From contig NC_087436.1 of assembly GCF_036321535.1 (NCBI RefSeq), forward strand, positions 106,642,001 through 106,706,000: 64,000 bases of DNA, given 5' to 3'. Positions within the stretch are counted from its first letter, which is position 1; every line of letters starts with the position of its first letter. The notes under the pieces are model-generated. The model made no database searches. It saw only the letters and a list, made by a program, of their open reading frames with translations, and had not been told where the DNA came from. Position numbers and translations under genes: made by a program. Below are positions 38,451-50,641 of the stretch, piece after piece. Origin of the DNA: Camelus dromedarius. Its lineage: Eukaryota.

Positions 38451-40999
38451 AGTAAGTATTGTATCATAATCCCACATATAAAAATCTCTCATACAGAAGA
38501 ATTCCAAATTAGTGATGTAGATAATACCCTCTCAAGTAGGTGGAGTTTAAGTGTTTTGCTTCTTTAGTATGAATATGTCCTTAGTGACTTGCTTCTAAGG
38601 ACTAATGCCTGGAAAGAGACACAAATACAATTTTACAGTGGAGAAACCCGACAAGCACTACTTTAACCAAATGACCAAAATTAACCTCAACGCAAGTCAC
38701 GTTGCTAGCATGCACTCTTAATATGATTGGATGAGATGACATTTCACTTCTGTGGTCTTCCTCCCAAAACCCCATAACCCCAGTTTAACCGTAAGAAAAA
38801 CATGAGACAAATCCAAATCGAAAAACCTACACAACACAGGACCTGTATTTCTCAGAACTATCAAGGCCGCTAAAACTGAGGAAAGTTCTGAGAAGCTGTT
38901 ACAGCCAAGAGGAGCCTAAAGAAACATGATTATTAAATGTAATAAGGGGTCCTGGATGATATCCTGGAACAGAAAGTTAGTTTACTTTGGTAAAAACAAA
39001 GAAATTTTTAAAATTAAGAAAATCTAAGAAAATTTGTATGGAGAATCTGTATGAGGTGCATAAAATGTACTAACAGTGGTCCATTCATTCTGATAAATGT
39101 ATCATTCTAATATAAAATGTCAATGACAGGAGAAACTGGTTGTGGGCTCTAAGGGACCCCCTGTACTGTCTTCACAATTTTTCTGTAAATCTAAATTTAT
39201 TCTAAACTAAAAGCTTATTAGAAATATATATATACACTAACATTTTGAGTAAATAATGTAACAGTGATGGCAAAACATCAGTTGCTTTTTTCTTTTGAGG
39301 GAAGAACTGAACTTAACAGGAATTCCAGTAGAGGCATGATCTCTCAGGTGAAGACTCAAATCTTCAGGATATAAAAGCTTTGATTGCCTATCCTGGCAAC
39401 TAGTATTGACTTGTGAAATCCAGGCTTAAAATAATCACATGATTTCTGCTGTACTTTTCAGATAGAAAGATTAATAAAAGCATTTGCTTGCCATTTCTTA
39501 AAATGCATACTGAATATACCCATTAGTATACTTTCCATGCTTTGTGTTGATGGAAAATCCATCTTTACCCATAAAGCAATTGATTTCTGTAAGCGTCTTT
39601 TTCATATATCACTGATTTGTATTCTCTAAAGTCCACTATTTCAGGACAGTTTGTTTGAGTGTAACTTGCTCTCTCCTTTGCTCGGGCTCTCTGATTTATT
39701 CAAGTTTCCAAAGGACAGAAATAGCTGCAGTTTGGGCAGTATCCATTCCCTTTTCCTAAAGGGAATATTCACTATTTAGAAATGAGCATTTTCAGATGCA
39801 AATGACCCTCCAAATTAGGGCAGTCCTCTTTCTTAGAGCCGCTGCTAGGCCACCACCTGTGTGTGTTCCCATTCAGAGCTGGTCTACTCAGCACATGTGC
39901 ATCGCCTCCAGTGTTTTATTTGACAATCTGTTTCAGCTTCGCAAGGGAGCTAGCAAATTATGTATTGCTCATTTTGTCAAAGTCATCACTGATGACAATT
40001 CCGGCATCAAGAGGCTCATTTTATTCTGCAGATGTTTTTATCAAATAGAAGATAAATCATGGTTCCCCATCCAGTTTTGTGTTGGACTTCTGGGAATAAT
40101 GGAGGGCACAAATAAAAACCTTTTCATTAATAAAGAAAGAAAGGAATAGACTCAAGAGGATCACCATGCGCGATTTTCAGATATGCACACACTGGTACAG
40201 AGATTGTATTTGGCACCAATGTAAGAGGCTTGGGGGAGGGGGGGTGGTGTTAGGGGAGGTAATCTTAATTTTTAAAAGATGCATTTCCCTTCATTCCTTT
40301 GAGAAGAGTGGGCCCAATTCATTTAGAACTCCAATACAGAGTAACATTCAGCCTGGCATCTTCTGTAAAGAGGCACTGTAAAATATCCCTGAAAAAAAGT
40401 AAATGATTAATCTCACAGGTAAATCACTGTGAGAGATTGTCTTGGTGTCCTTATGAGATGTAGCTGGGCTCTCTGTGATTTTTGACATCAGCAAAGGGTC
40501 CCTGGGTTGGGCCTGCTGAAGTCTAAACTCAAACTTCACATTAGTGGGGAAGGGAACTGTGTGTGTGAATTTGTCTTCATCCTCTGCTATAAGGTGTAGT
40601 TAACTGATGGAAATAAAGCAAGACTCTTAAATAAAAGGAACATTTGATAGGGGCCCACTCTATGCGAGGCACTAATATTCTATTAGGGTTTCACGTATGC
40701 AATTAAAATGGCCAGACAGGATTCACCAGATTCTCCACGGTCTCTATGCAACATAGGGTTTGATGGAACTGCAATCAGGGACAGGTGAGATAGGTATCCA
40801 AGGAGCATAAGCAAATGTTAAATGGCTCATCGCCCTCCGTGATGTGGATGGCGGCATTGTGAGAGGCAGCCAAGGATGGATATGATTTAAAAATTTCTCT
40901 AGACAATGTCGGGAACAAGAAAGAGAAAATGTTAGTGAAGTAGCTGACAATAAAGAGGAAAGAGTTAACACAACTCCCTTACTTCTACCATTATCATCC

Positions 41000-41170
41000 C
41001 CAGTGATGTTGACTATGCACCAGGCACAGGGAGAAGGACTTTATACGTATTATTATTCATTGTCTTCACAACTACGTCTTGAGATATTATTCCATTCCAT
41101 TCCAGTATTAGAAAAGGAGGCTCACAAATGTTGCTTGCCCAAGACTACACAGCTAGTACATTCTGAATCA
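41000..41170 (-). mobile_element. MIR SINE
   Basis: 'actatgcaccaggcac...cttgcccaagactacacagctagt'. Confidence 0.7.
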
Positions 41171-42619
41171 TGTTGCACGTGGCTAAGGGCATAGGATTTG
41201 CATTTGAATGTCCCTCCATTTGAATGTGGACAATCCAGCATTTCTGACCATTAGCACCTCTATGGACCGGATTACTTTTAATCGGGCAAGTGTGTTCTTA
41301 CTTGGCATCATCAATTTATTTATTCATATATTCCTTCGCCACTTATTTATAGATCTACTATCTAACATTGTGCTTAGTTCTGGACAAGGATGAAATAGAT
41401 TAACATCTTCTCCAAAACAAGAAGATAAGAATTAGTGTAGCAACCTTTTGTTCTTCTTGGAGTACCCATGGACAAATTATTTCTCTTCCACATCCATGCC
41501 CCTTTCAGACTCTAACCAGACTCTCAGACTCTAAGGAAACCCTTAGACGTTTTGCATCAGCACTACAATTTATTGTTTAAGAGAGAGATTCCTTCTTATT
41601 TCCCAATTTTTCTCCCATCAAGTCTGAATGAAACATAAGTTGATGGATATATAAAATATTCATAAAACCAGGCCACTGCAGTGACTATTTCTGTTGATTT
41701 TTTTTCTCCCTTTTACCTTACTTCCACATGATTTAACATTAAAGTTAAGGCAAGAACAACCACCGCAAAAGAACAGGAAAAGCAAATAAGATTTTAACAA
41801 GCTTTCAATAGACTGACAAAGGGAGATGAGAAACTAGAAACGTGCAAATAATAAGCAGTAATTCTGCCAGGAAATACGGCCTCCAAATGGATCCTGAATG
41901 AAAAATTTACTTATTTATTTGCATCTTTCAGTTCAGTTTTACGTTAACTATTTTTCCCTCTCTTGTTTGGAAAACCATTTGGATTTATTGCATCTCCTGG
42001 TGTTCTTCTGTATTTTTTGTTTGTTTTTCAACATCCAATCTCCTTATTTTAACATCTTTTTATGTTCAGATTTTTCAGACACTGTTTACTCTTTTTTTTC
42101 CCCACCAATAGTAGAAATCATGGAATGAACAGTTAAAGTTATTGTTAGTGCACACATAGCTTAAGACAGATCGTAAAGTCCCTAGTGATCAAGGAACTAG
42201 ATAATGCTGACTAGCTCAGCAGCGACAGCAAAAATTTTCATAAGCCAGATGTTTAGATTTCAGCTCAGCCCCGTCAACTTATCCTCATCACGTGAGCATC
42301 CCCCGTTACTTCTCCAAAGAGCCTATTGTCCTTCCGACCCTCTGAGAAACTCTTCAGTATCTCAGGTCTTTCCTCAGCTTTCATTCTTTCTACAATTTCT
42401 TATAACTCAGAATAATGAGGGCTTGTGGCAAAAGACCAACATGCATAATATTTTTTTTTTACCAGCCATAAGCAAATTCAGATGCAGAATTTTAAAGCAG
42501 GGCATACCAAAGGCCTTTTGGGTAATATGCTGCTACTTGTAGTATGAGTGCTCAGACCTTTCTTGTAAGCCTATGCGGTGGATAAACAGCAAGAGTGAAC
42601 TGCTTAATGAACTAACATT

Positions 42620-42870
42620 TTGGATATATCATGATTCCAATCACCATGACTTACAATATCCCTCCAGTGGCTCCCTACCTCTTTCAGAGTAAAAGCCAAA
42701 AACCTAGCAAGGCCCAAGGTAACCCTTCCTCCCAACCTATCGGGCCTCATTTCCCCACCTCTCTCTCTGCTCCATTCACATGCCCTCTTGCAACTTGTTA
42801 CATGCCAGTTAACTCCCACCTTAGGGTCTTTACATGGTTATACCCTCTATCCCGAAGACAACTTTGAAGT
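42620..42870 (+). mobile_element. L2 fragment
   Basis: 'cctccagtggctccc...cagagtaaaagccaaa'. Confidence 0.65.
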
Positions 42871-43479
42871 CACTCAACTCTCTGCATTGCTGGAGCAGTC
42901 AAGGTAAATTGGACCAAATCTTGTTCAAAATGATGTAAAATGAATTCACACGTCATTCCTAGTTCTCTGAACTAGCACAAAGAAATCTCCAATAGGCTGC
43001 AATGAAGAAATACCTCTTCTCACTCATTTGAATGCTTATAATCATAAAAATAATAACAATATGGCACTTTAAAAATACTTTTATGCATGTAGTGGACACT
43101 TTTGTTAAAATGACTTTGTGCACTGTAATGTGGTTTATAAACTCTTAGTGAGTGTTAGATCCATTAGTATATTGAAAAGCTAACCTTTGAGCTATGGCAA
43201 GGAAGAAAACAGTCTGTAATTATGTGATGGATAGAAACGAATTTCTTCCTTGTCTTTCTTCAATTTAAACGTATCAACTCTGAGTGCCTAATCCTAGTCC
43301 TATGGTCCCATTAGGAGTTTATAGGGAAAGAGTGATTTATGGGAAGTCCCAGGGCTCCTCCCAACTTTCTCCAACCAACATTTCTGGGTGTGTCATCTGG
43401 ATTTATTTCCTTACAAAACATAATTCAATGAGAAAAGATTTTTCATAGACAAACAGAATTACTCAAGGAAGCACTCGAG

Positions 43480-44750
43480 GGATTCAGACAACTAGTCAGC
43501 CTTAGACTCAAAAGAACAACATACATTGTTGATCTACTAAAACAAAGGAAAAACTATGGTTTCAAACCAAAGACACAAGGATTTAAAGAAGAAATTATAA
43601 AACAAAAGTCAGAGACGAAAGCCAACAGGAGAGTATGAGGAAAACAGAACAGAGAGAAAAGGCACATAAAAAAACAACAGTAGGGCATAAATTCAGCAGA
43701 AAGTTCTTCCAAGAATATTGTAAATGGGTTTGAGGAAATTGCACAAAATGGAAGAAAATAAAATAACATTTTAAATTGATTATAAAAATATACTCATTGT
43801 GGAAGACAGAAAAAGGAAATTGAATATTTGTAAAATATGGTGTTTCTGAATATGAGAATATAGACCATGTGGTACATAAAATATTAAAATATACAATGAA
43901 AATAAAACTATTGTGAAATTTAGGAGAAAGCTTATTTTTGCAGATAGAAAAGCACACCCATCCCCAAACTATTAACACCAAAATATACTGGTGAAATAAC
44001 TGAACTTCAAGAATAAAAAGAAGGGCTTCTATTTTCAGGAGATCCAGGTTGTTTGGACCCTTATACTAAGGGTAACAAAAATTGCTATATAAAATATTAA
44101 AAAAATATTCAAAGTACTGGATAGCTGAAAAGATAGAAGGAGCTACTAAGTCAAAAATTTGTGGAAATGTAGGAACCCAGAGATATAAGCAGTGTCCTGC
44201 ACTAGAATAAGGGAGTGTTTGCTCTGAGGTCATTTGTTAATGCTGGCAAACTTGGGACTTTGGTCTGGCAAGCAGGGCCCATCCAATGTGAAACAGGAAA
44301 CATCTCTACCCTAACCTAGGAAGATAAAGGTGAACAGGAAGTAATTCTGTCCTCAGAGGACACAGGGAAAGTTGCTTCAATGCTGAACAGTAAAGGGTGG
44401 AAGAGAAAAGAGAATTCACAACAGCAGTAATTCTGAGGAGCTGTGCTTATTGCATTGTTGTCACTCAGATTTGTAGGTTAGATTTCACGTTGCCTGGGGA
44501 TTCGAAGTAAACTATAAGCTTTGATTTGGGGTTGCCCTGGACTCACAGAACATGGTAGAAAGCAACTTCATCCTAAGTTACAGAGAATCCATGACCCAAA
44601 ATAATTTTTCAAAGACAATGAGCAACACACAATCGAAAACTTTCAAGCACAAAAGGAAACCATAACATAATCAATAAAACAAATAATTAAATGGACTCAG
44701 ACTATAAGCATTGAAACTATCTGACATGGTTTATAATTACACTGTGCTTA
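43480..44750 (+). mobile_element. Very decayed HAL1/L1ME 5'-type sequence
   Basis: A-rich sense strand with ORF1-like fragments such as 'ggtgaaataactgaacttcaagaataaaaaga'; weak. Confidence 0.35.
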
Positions 44751-45884
44751 CTGTTCGGTTTCCAAGAAGCAGGGACTTCAACTCAGGAAAACAACAGAGG
44801 AAGTTCCCAGGATGACAGCTGTGCAAAAGGTCTAGTGGACTTTAAATTTACGGTGGAAGAGAAGGACAAACTATTCAAATAATTCTGAGGAAATTATTAA
44901 GGAGTGAAATAATGATTTCATGAGCTGGTTGGGAGTTTTTTTGGACTCTTAAGTGCAAGGAATGTACTAATATTTAATAAAAGGCATTTGAGCTTACAAA
45001 AGCAACATGTCTCATGTAATATAAGGAGGAAATGTTACTTTGGGTCAGTGAAAAGCACGTATATATATATATATATATAGTCACAATTATTTTATTTTTA
45101 TTTTTTAGAATCAAACTTTGTTCAAAACTAAACCAAGGTCCAAAAATGGAGAAAAATAATGGCATAAACATGAACAATTGAGAAAAGATAATTTGATCTA
45201 GATTTACAAAATACTACCTTTTAAATGGTGTAGTTCAGTGTTTCTTACAGTTCAGTGTTCCCACATTCTTAAGTGGTATGGCTCAGTGTTTCTTAGTGTT
45301 TCTTACAGTTCAGCATTTAGACTACCTAAGTAGAAGCTAAATACTTTATTAATTTTCAGCATTTAGAACTAAACTGTAGGCAAGTGTAGACAGTATAATT
45401 ATGGCTACTGAATTCAATGAAAGTGTTGTAAACCTCAACAATGTAAAAATAATAGTATTGCTGAGACAATATGGTTGAATAGAGAAGAAAAGTTGAAGGT
45501 GGTATAACTGAAAATTACCTCATCATTCAAATTGAAAGCTATAGGATAATTGTTTAAAGTTAATAAATGCATATTTTGTACACCTAGTGGTCCCCATTTG
45601 AACTGAAATGAGTGATTCACAGCAATTACCTGATGAGAGTGGGAATATGGGTAAGTTGATAGAGTGGGAGAAGTTCTTGTTTTATATCTTCTGTATTTTT
45701 AAAATGATTTTTATATCATTTCATTTATTATTTATATAACAATCAACTCTAAACACAATTTAGCTTGTGGGACTGTCTACTCATTAGGTTTCCCATGCAC
45801 CCTGTCTGGGTGTTTGATTAGGAAGAAACTTAACCCCCAAAGCATCCTCCATCCATTTCAATGTTGGTGATATCAATATCAAAT

Positions 45885-46050
45885 GTGTGGATTCTGGAAT
45901 CAGGCAGACATTGTTTCCAATTCAACATCTGCTATTTACAATTTCCTCGTTTTTAAAATTCAACTCAGTGTTATTGTGAGAATCACATAAGAATATATTT
46001 ATATGTAGCACTTAGCACAGTGACTGGCACTGAATGTGGGCTCAAATGTG
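45885..46050 (+). mobile_element. MIR SINE
   Basis: 'ggattctggaatcaggcagac...gcacttagcacagtgactggcac'. Confidence 0.75.
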
Positions 46051-47329
46051 AGAGATATTGGCAAGGTGTTGGGGCATTACTCGTTTGAAACCTCACTCTT
46101 GGTCAAGCACTCACTCCCCCTGTGAGACAGCATTTGTGTGTACACGTGCACATGTGCCTGTAGTTGTGTTTTTTTAGATTCTTTGTTTGGCTACTTAAGA
46201 AGAGCGTCAAAGTTGAATACCCACTCCCCCAACTTTTATCCTAGAAAAGCACCAACATAATAAAAACAGTCTGGAGGGGTTTGAATTTTATTGTAAGGAG
46301 CTATGACCTGTGAAACAGTCTTTTACAATTAAGCTAATTTTCTTAAAGCCCACACATATTACCAAACTTTAGATTTTCCTTTCATTCCTATAATACTATG
46401 CCCCTGCTCTTTTTTCATTCCATCTTCCTGCTAGTGAGAATTCTGAGGCCCAGAGGATGGAATATGAAAATGATTAGTTGGTGCAAAACCTAGAGGTAGA
46501 ATTAGGGAACTATATTTTGAGATCCAGCCGTGCTTATAAAGAGCTGCAGGGCTTGTAACAAGTATCCTAGTCTCTCTGGGCCTTAGCATCTTGAGGTAAC
46601 AAGTGGAGCTAATGAATCTGGGTTTACATAGTACCCTCATATGAGTGCACTGAAGCTCTACAGTACAGGGAATGAAATGTCAAATGTATCATGTACCATT
46701 TCCATTATTCCTGGCTTAAAACATCTGGGCCTTTTATGTGAGTGACTTATTTTATGCTGACAAAGTTGAGTGTGTTCCGAATCATCTCTTCTTTGTGTAT
46801 GAATGCTTTCTGTTAATTTTAATAAAGACTGGAAGATAACTTTTTCCTTATTCTCATTGAGCATATAGCAGATATTTAAGAAAAGTAATGTTGATTGATT
46901 AATTAATTAATTAAGGGCAGAACTCTGGAGTTGATAAGAGAAAAAGAAACTATAATCTAAGCTTTTTTTTTTTTTTTTAACTCTTTCAGGAAAAGAAAAG
47001 GACGACAAACCTTATACTATGGGAATATTTGGTTGAAAAAGGACCTTGTCTTCTGTTCACTAGCAAGTTCTGGCAAAGCCCACTGTGTGGGTTTATGAAA
47101 CATTTAAAAGAAAACCTGAAGGAGTCTTTTGGGAGAACCTGCTAACAGGTTAAGAACTCTCTGCTCTGGCATACAAAATTGTTTATGATTTGACCACTGT
47201 CTCCAGTAGATCATATCTTAGAACTTTACATGCTAGAAATATTTAACATTTTTGAGTTCTTCTAATATAATTGACACCTCAGTAACTTAATATAGTTTTT
47301 CCATCCTTTACATTTGTTGTCATCTTTCT

Positions 47330-47685
47330 GTATGATGTAGAATCTCCCAATTCATATGTACATACGTTTTACTCCAAAAATGCCAATTTATCTGTCAAAA
47401 CCCAGCTCTGCACTCACCTTACCCAAGAATCTTCCCTTCACACTGCTGACCATCCTGGTGATCTCATCCTTCCTCCTCAAACTCTCCAGTCTCACATCTT
47501 TGAAACTGCTCTTTTTGTTTAACTTACCTCCTTACACTAAATGGTCGATGGTGTTTTTGCACATCTGTCTTTCTTCCTGCACTAAAGACAGGGGCTAGGC
47601 ACTGATTTGCATTCATTGGTATAATTCCAACATTGTACCAAATATTTGATGAACAATACTCAATGAATTTGTGAATGAGTGAGTG
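47330..47685 (+). mobile_element. L2 3' end
   Basis: Ends 'tactcaatgaatttgtgaatgagtgagtg'. Confidence 0.6.
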
Positions 47686-47729
47686 GGCTCTGACGCTAAT
47701 CGTTCTGATAGTTTTTATCTGCATGAATT

Positions 47730-48310
47730 TGAAACTGAGCAGGACCCTGTGGGACCCTCCTGGGTACAAAAGCCTTTCTGTGTCCCCTTGTCTTGTTCAT
47801 AGGAAAAAGGCTTCAGCCTCCTAGACCTTCCCTGAGTCTGATACGGGCAGAGTCAAACAGTTACTAATCTGGAAAGTGAACAAATGCAGAAACAAAGGAA
47901 AAGCAGTCAAGAAAAAATAGTACAACAGAGTCCTTGTTCCTCCTCAAGGAATATATGAAACAGTGTAACTTTGAGTTATTCTACAGGAGCTAAGGCCCCC
48001 ACCCAGGTAGAGGATGGTAACTACATGCCGAGACCCCAGCCTGGCTAGACCCAGAAGGCTGATGATTGAGATTCCCTGTTACCTCATCACCAGTCAATCA
48101 GAAGAAAGTCACACACCCTGTAGCCTTCACCCCATATTTGCCCTTTAAAAATTCTTCTCCAAAAACCATCAGGAAGTTTCGGTTTCTTGAGCATAAGCTG
48201 TCCATTCTCCTGCTTGGCCCTCAGATAAACCTTTCTCTGCTCCAAACTCTTACATTATGGTTTGTTTGGCCTCACTGTGCTTCGGGCACACAAACTTGCA
48301 TTCAACAACA
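47730..48310 (+). mobile_element. ERV1-type solo LTR (581 bp)
   Basis: TG...CA ends; 4-bp TSD aatt (47726-47729, 48311-48314); TATA-like tttaaaaa near 48144. Confidence 0.85.
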
Positions 48311-48611
48311 AATTTACTAGTTAACCCAGTATTTTTGCTGGTTTTCTAGCAGCTCTCCTGAAATCTACTGTATCATTCACCCATTTGACCTGAACAATTC
48401 TGTGACTTTTATGGTATCTTTCTAGTTTGAACCCCCACAATTTTGGCAGCAGGCAGTTCTCCTAAAAATCTTGCATGCTTTAATTTAAGAATAAATAAAG
48501 AGTGAATAAAAGACAAGAAAGAGGGAGGGAAAGATTGTGCAATTATTTCAGTGCTTTCTATAATATTAAAATGAGACATATGATGTTAATGACTAGTAAA
48601 GGAGACGTGCA

Positions 48612-49331
48612 TTTTTTTTTTAATTTGGAAATCCTTTTTAATAAGGGCTTAGAGAAACCCTAGGCATTTTTTAAAAATTTCATACCTATATTTTTTGAGG
48701 TATAGTCAGTTAACAATGTGTCAGTTTCTGGTGTACAGCATAATGTTTCAGTCAAACATTAACATACACGTATTCATTTTCATATTCTTTTTCACCATAA
48801 GTTACTACAAGATCTTCAATATAGTTCCCTGTGCTATACAGTATAAACTTATTATTTATCTATTATATATATGTTACTTAGTATCTGTAAATCTCAAACT
48901 CCTGATTTATCCCTTCCCACACCCTACCCCTCCAACCATAAGTTTGCTTTCTATGTCTGTGAGTCTATTTCTGTTTTGTAAATAAGTTCATTTTTGCGTG
49001 TGTTTTTTTTAGATTCCATATATAATTGATATTATATGGGATTTTTCTTTCTCTTTCTGGCTTACTTCACGTAAAATGACAATCTCCAGGTCCATCTATG
49101 TTGCTGCAAATGGCATTATTTTACGATTTTTTACGGCTGAGTCATATTCCAGAAAATATAAACAGCTCATACAACTTAATAATAAAGAAACAAACAACCC
49201 AATCCAAAAATGGGCAGAAGACCCAAACAAGCAATTCTCCAATGAAGACATACAAAAGGCCAAAAGGCACATGAATAAATATGTTCAATATCACTACTCG
49301 TCAGGAAATGCAAATCAAAACTACAATGAGA
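48612..49331 (-). mobile_element. Young L1 with 5' inversion and probable 3' transduction
   Basis: Antisense L1 3' end 48691-~49151; sense ORF2 piece ~49147-49331 ([22 protein letters not shown]); candidate TSD at 48602-48616 and 49328-49342. Confidence 0.85.
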
Positions 49332-50004
49332 CATGCACTTTTAAGTCCAATTTGTTATATATCTCATCTAGGAACAATTAATTTTCTTTAAACTTCATCC
49401 TTTACTACATTTATTGTAGCCCTTTCACACGCTGCCTAATGTTTTGTATTTTGTGCGTGTCTTAGAAGAGCAAGAACTGTGAATGAATTATATTTCTTTA
49501 TTTCTTTTCAGGATGTATTGTAACTATTTTGCACATAGTAGGAGCAAAATGAGCATGCAGCACAGCAAACTGTGAAACAAAACAGGAAAATGGACGAAAT
49601 GATGTATCATCACACAGGAAATGTCTGATGAGAATCATAAGATCACAGCCCCATCTTGGCTTTTAAAATCTGAATATTTCAGGTAACCGTGTTTAAGTCT
49701 TACTAATTTCATGTCTCCACTTTAGGTTACTAGAGCTTTGTCGTTCAGCTGCATATCACTGCAGAGGAACGAGGTGTGAGAATGAAGCCCTCTATTTATA
49801 AAGATCAGTTCACCTACCATTTCTTGATGAGAGGTTGACAAGCTTTAAACAGTCTCAGGCGACCTCCCATTACATTTTATGGTAGGGACCTCATGAAAAT
49901 AAAGTATTCAATTGAATCCTGAGGATGTTTTAAGAAATAATTATACAAGTGGAGATACTAAAAAAGCGCCAGAAAAGTAAGCCCACCCTCAGTCTGTTCC
50001 AAAC

Positions 50005-50641
50005 TGAGACAGGAAGGGGGCAGGGCACAGCCATTCAAGGAATGCCACAGCAATTAACATCAAAATGCTGGAAAATTCAACCCCCAGTAGGCCTTGTGGC
50101 TCAAGATGTTGGGAGATTTGACTTCTAGCAGAACTTGAGTTTCGTTATATATCTATTGTAATATATTAACATGGTGAATTACATGCCCACAGGCACCATG
50201 GCAGTCCCAAGGCTAGCCACGAAAGGTCAAAGCATGGGAAATGGCCAACTTCCTGGGAATCCCAGCCCCTTCCCCAGGCTAGTTAGACTGGTCCTTCCAC
50301 TTATCAGCATATGAAGCCACAGAGGCCATAAAAACTGGTAACCCGGCACCTCACGGCTGCCCTCTCTCTCTCTCCCCCTTTAGAGACGGCCCACAATCTG
50401 TCTATGGAGTGTGTACCTGCTTTTACTCTAATCTCAGCACCCAGCTCCCACACCTTGTGGCCTTTCTCTTGCCTTTCACTGTATCTGTCTAAATAAATCT
50501 ACCTTCACTCAACTGTGGCTCGCTCTTGAATTCTTTCCTGCATGAAGCCAAGAACCCTCACTTGGCGGGGCACGCCCCAGGGGCTCAACTGAAGCCTGGG
50601 ACGGGCCCTCCTCATACCCTACAGCCATTTTTCCTGTATCA
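50005..50641 (+). mobile_element. ERV1-type solo LTR (637 bp)
   Basis: Imperfect terminal inverted repeats TGAGACAGGAA and TTCCTGTATCA; TSD aaac (50001-50004, 50642-50645); AATAAA at 50492. Confidence 0.9.

Larger units (their letters stand above)
37065..39225 (+). mobile_element. L1MC-type 3' UTR, interrupted by MER44-like and MLT2-like elements
   Basis: 'ttggagaaacggctgatt', 'tttacagtggagaaacccgacaagcacta' and 'caattttctgtaaatctaaa'-like terminal motifs. Confidence 0.8.

Noticed and set aside
46990..47148. Possible + strand exon (poly-T tract, ttcag acceptor, cag|gttaag donor)
   Set aside because: Stop codons in all three frames and a weak donor; a non-coding exon cannot be supported without RNA data.
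49076..49381. 101-aa ORF containing the L1 ORF2 peptide [22 protein letters not shown]
   Set aside because: Chance read-through across the L1 inversion junction (antisense plus sense pieces); not a gene.
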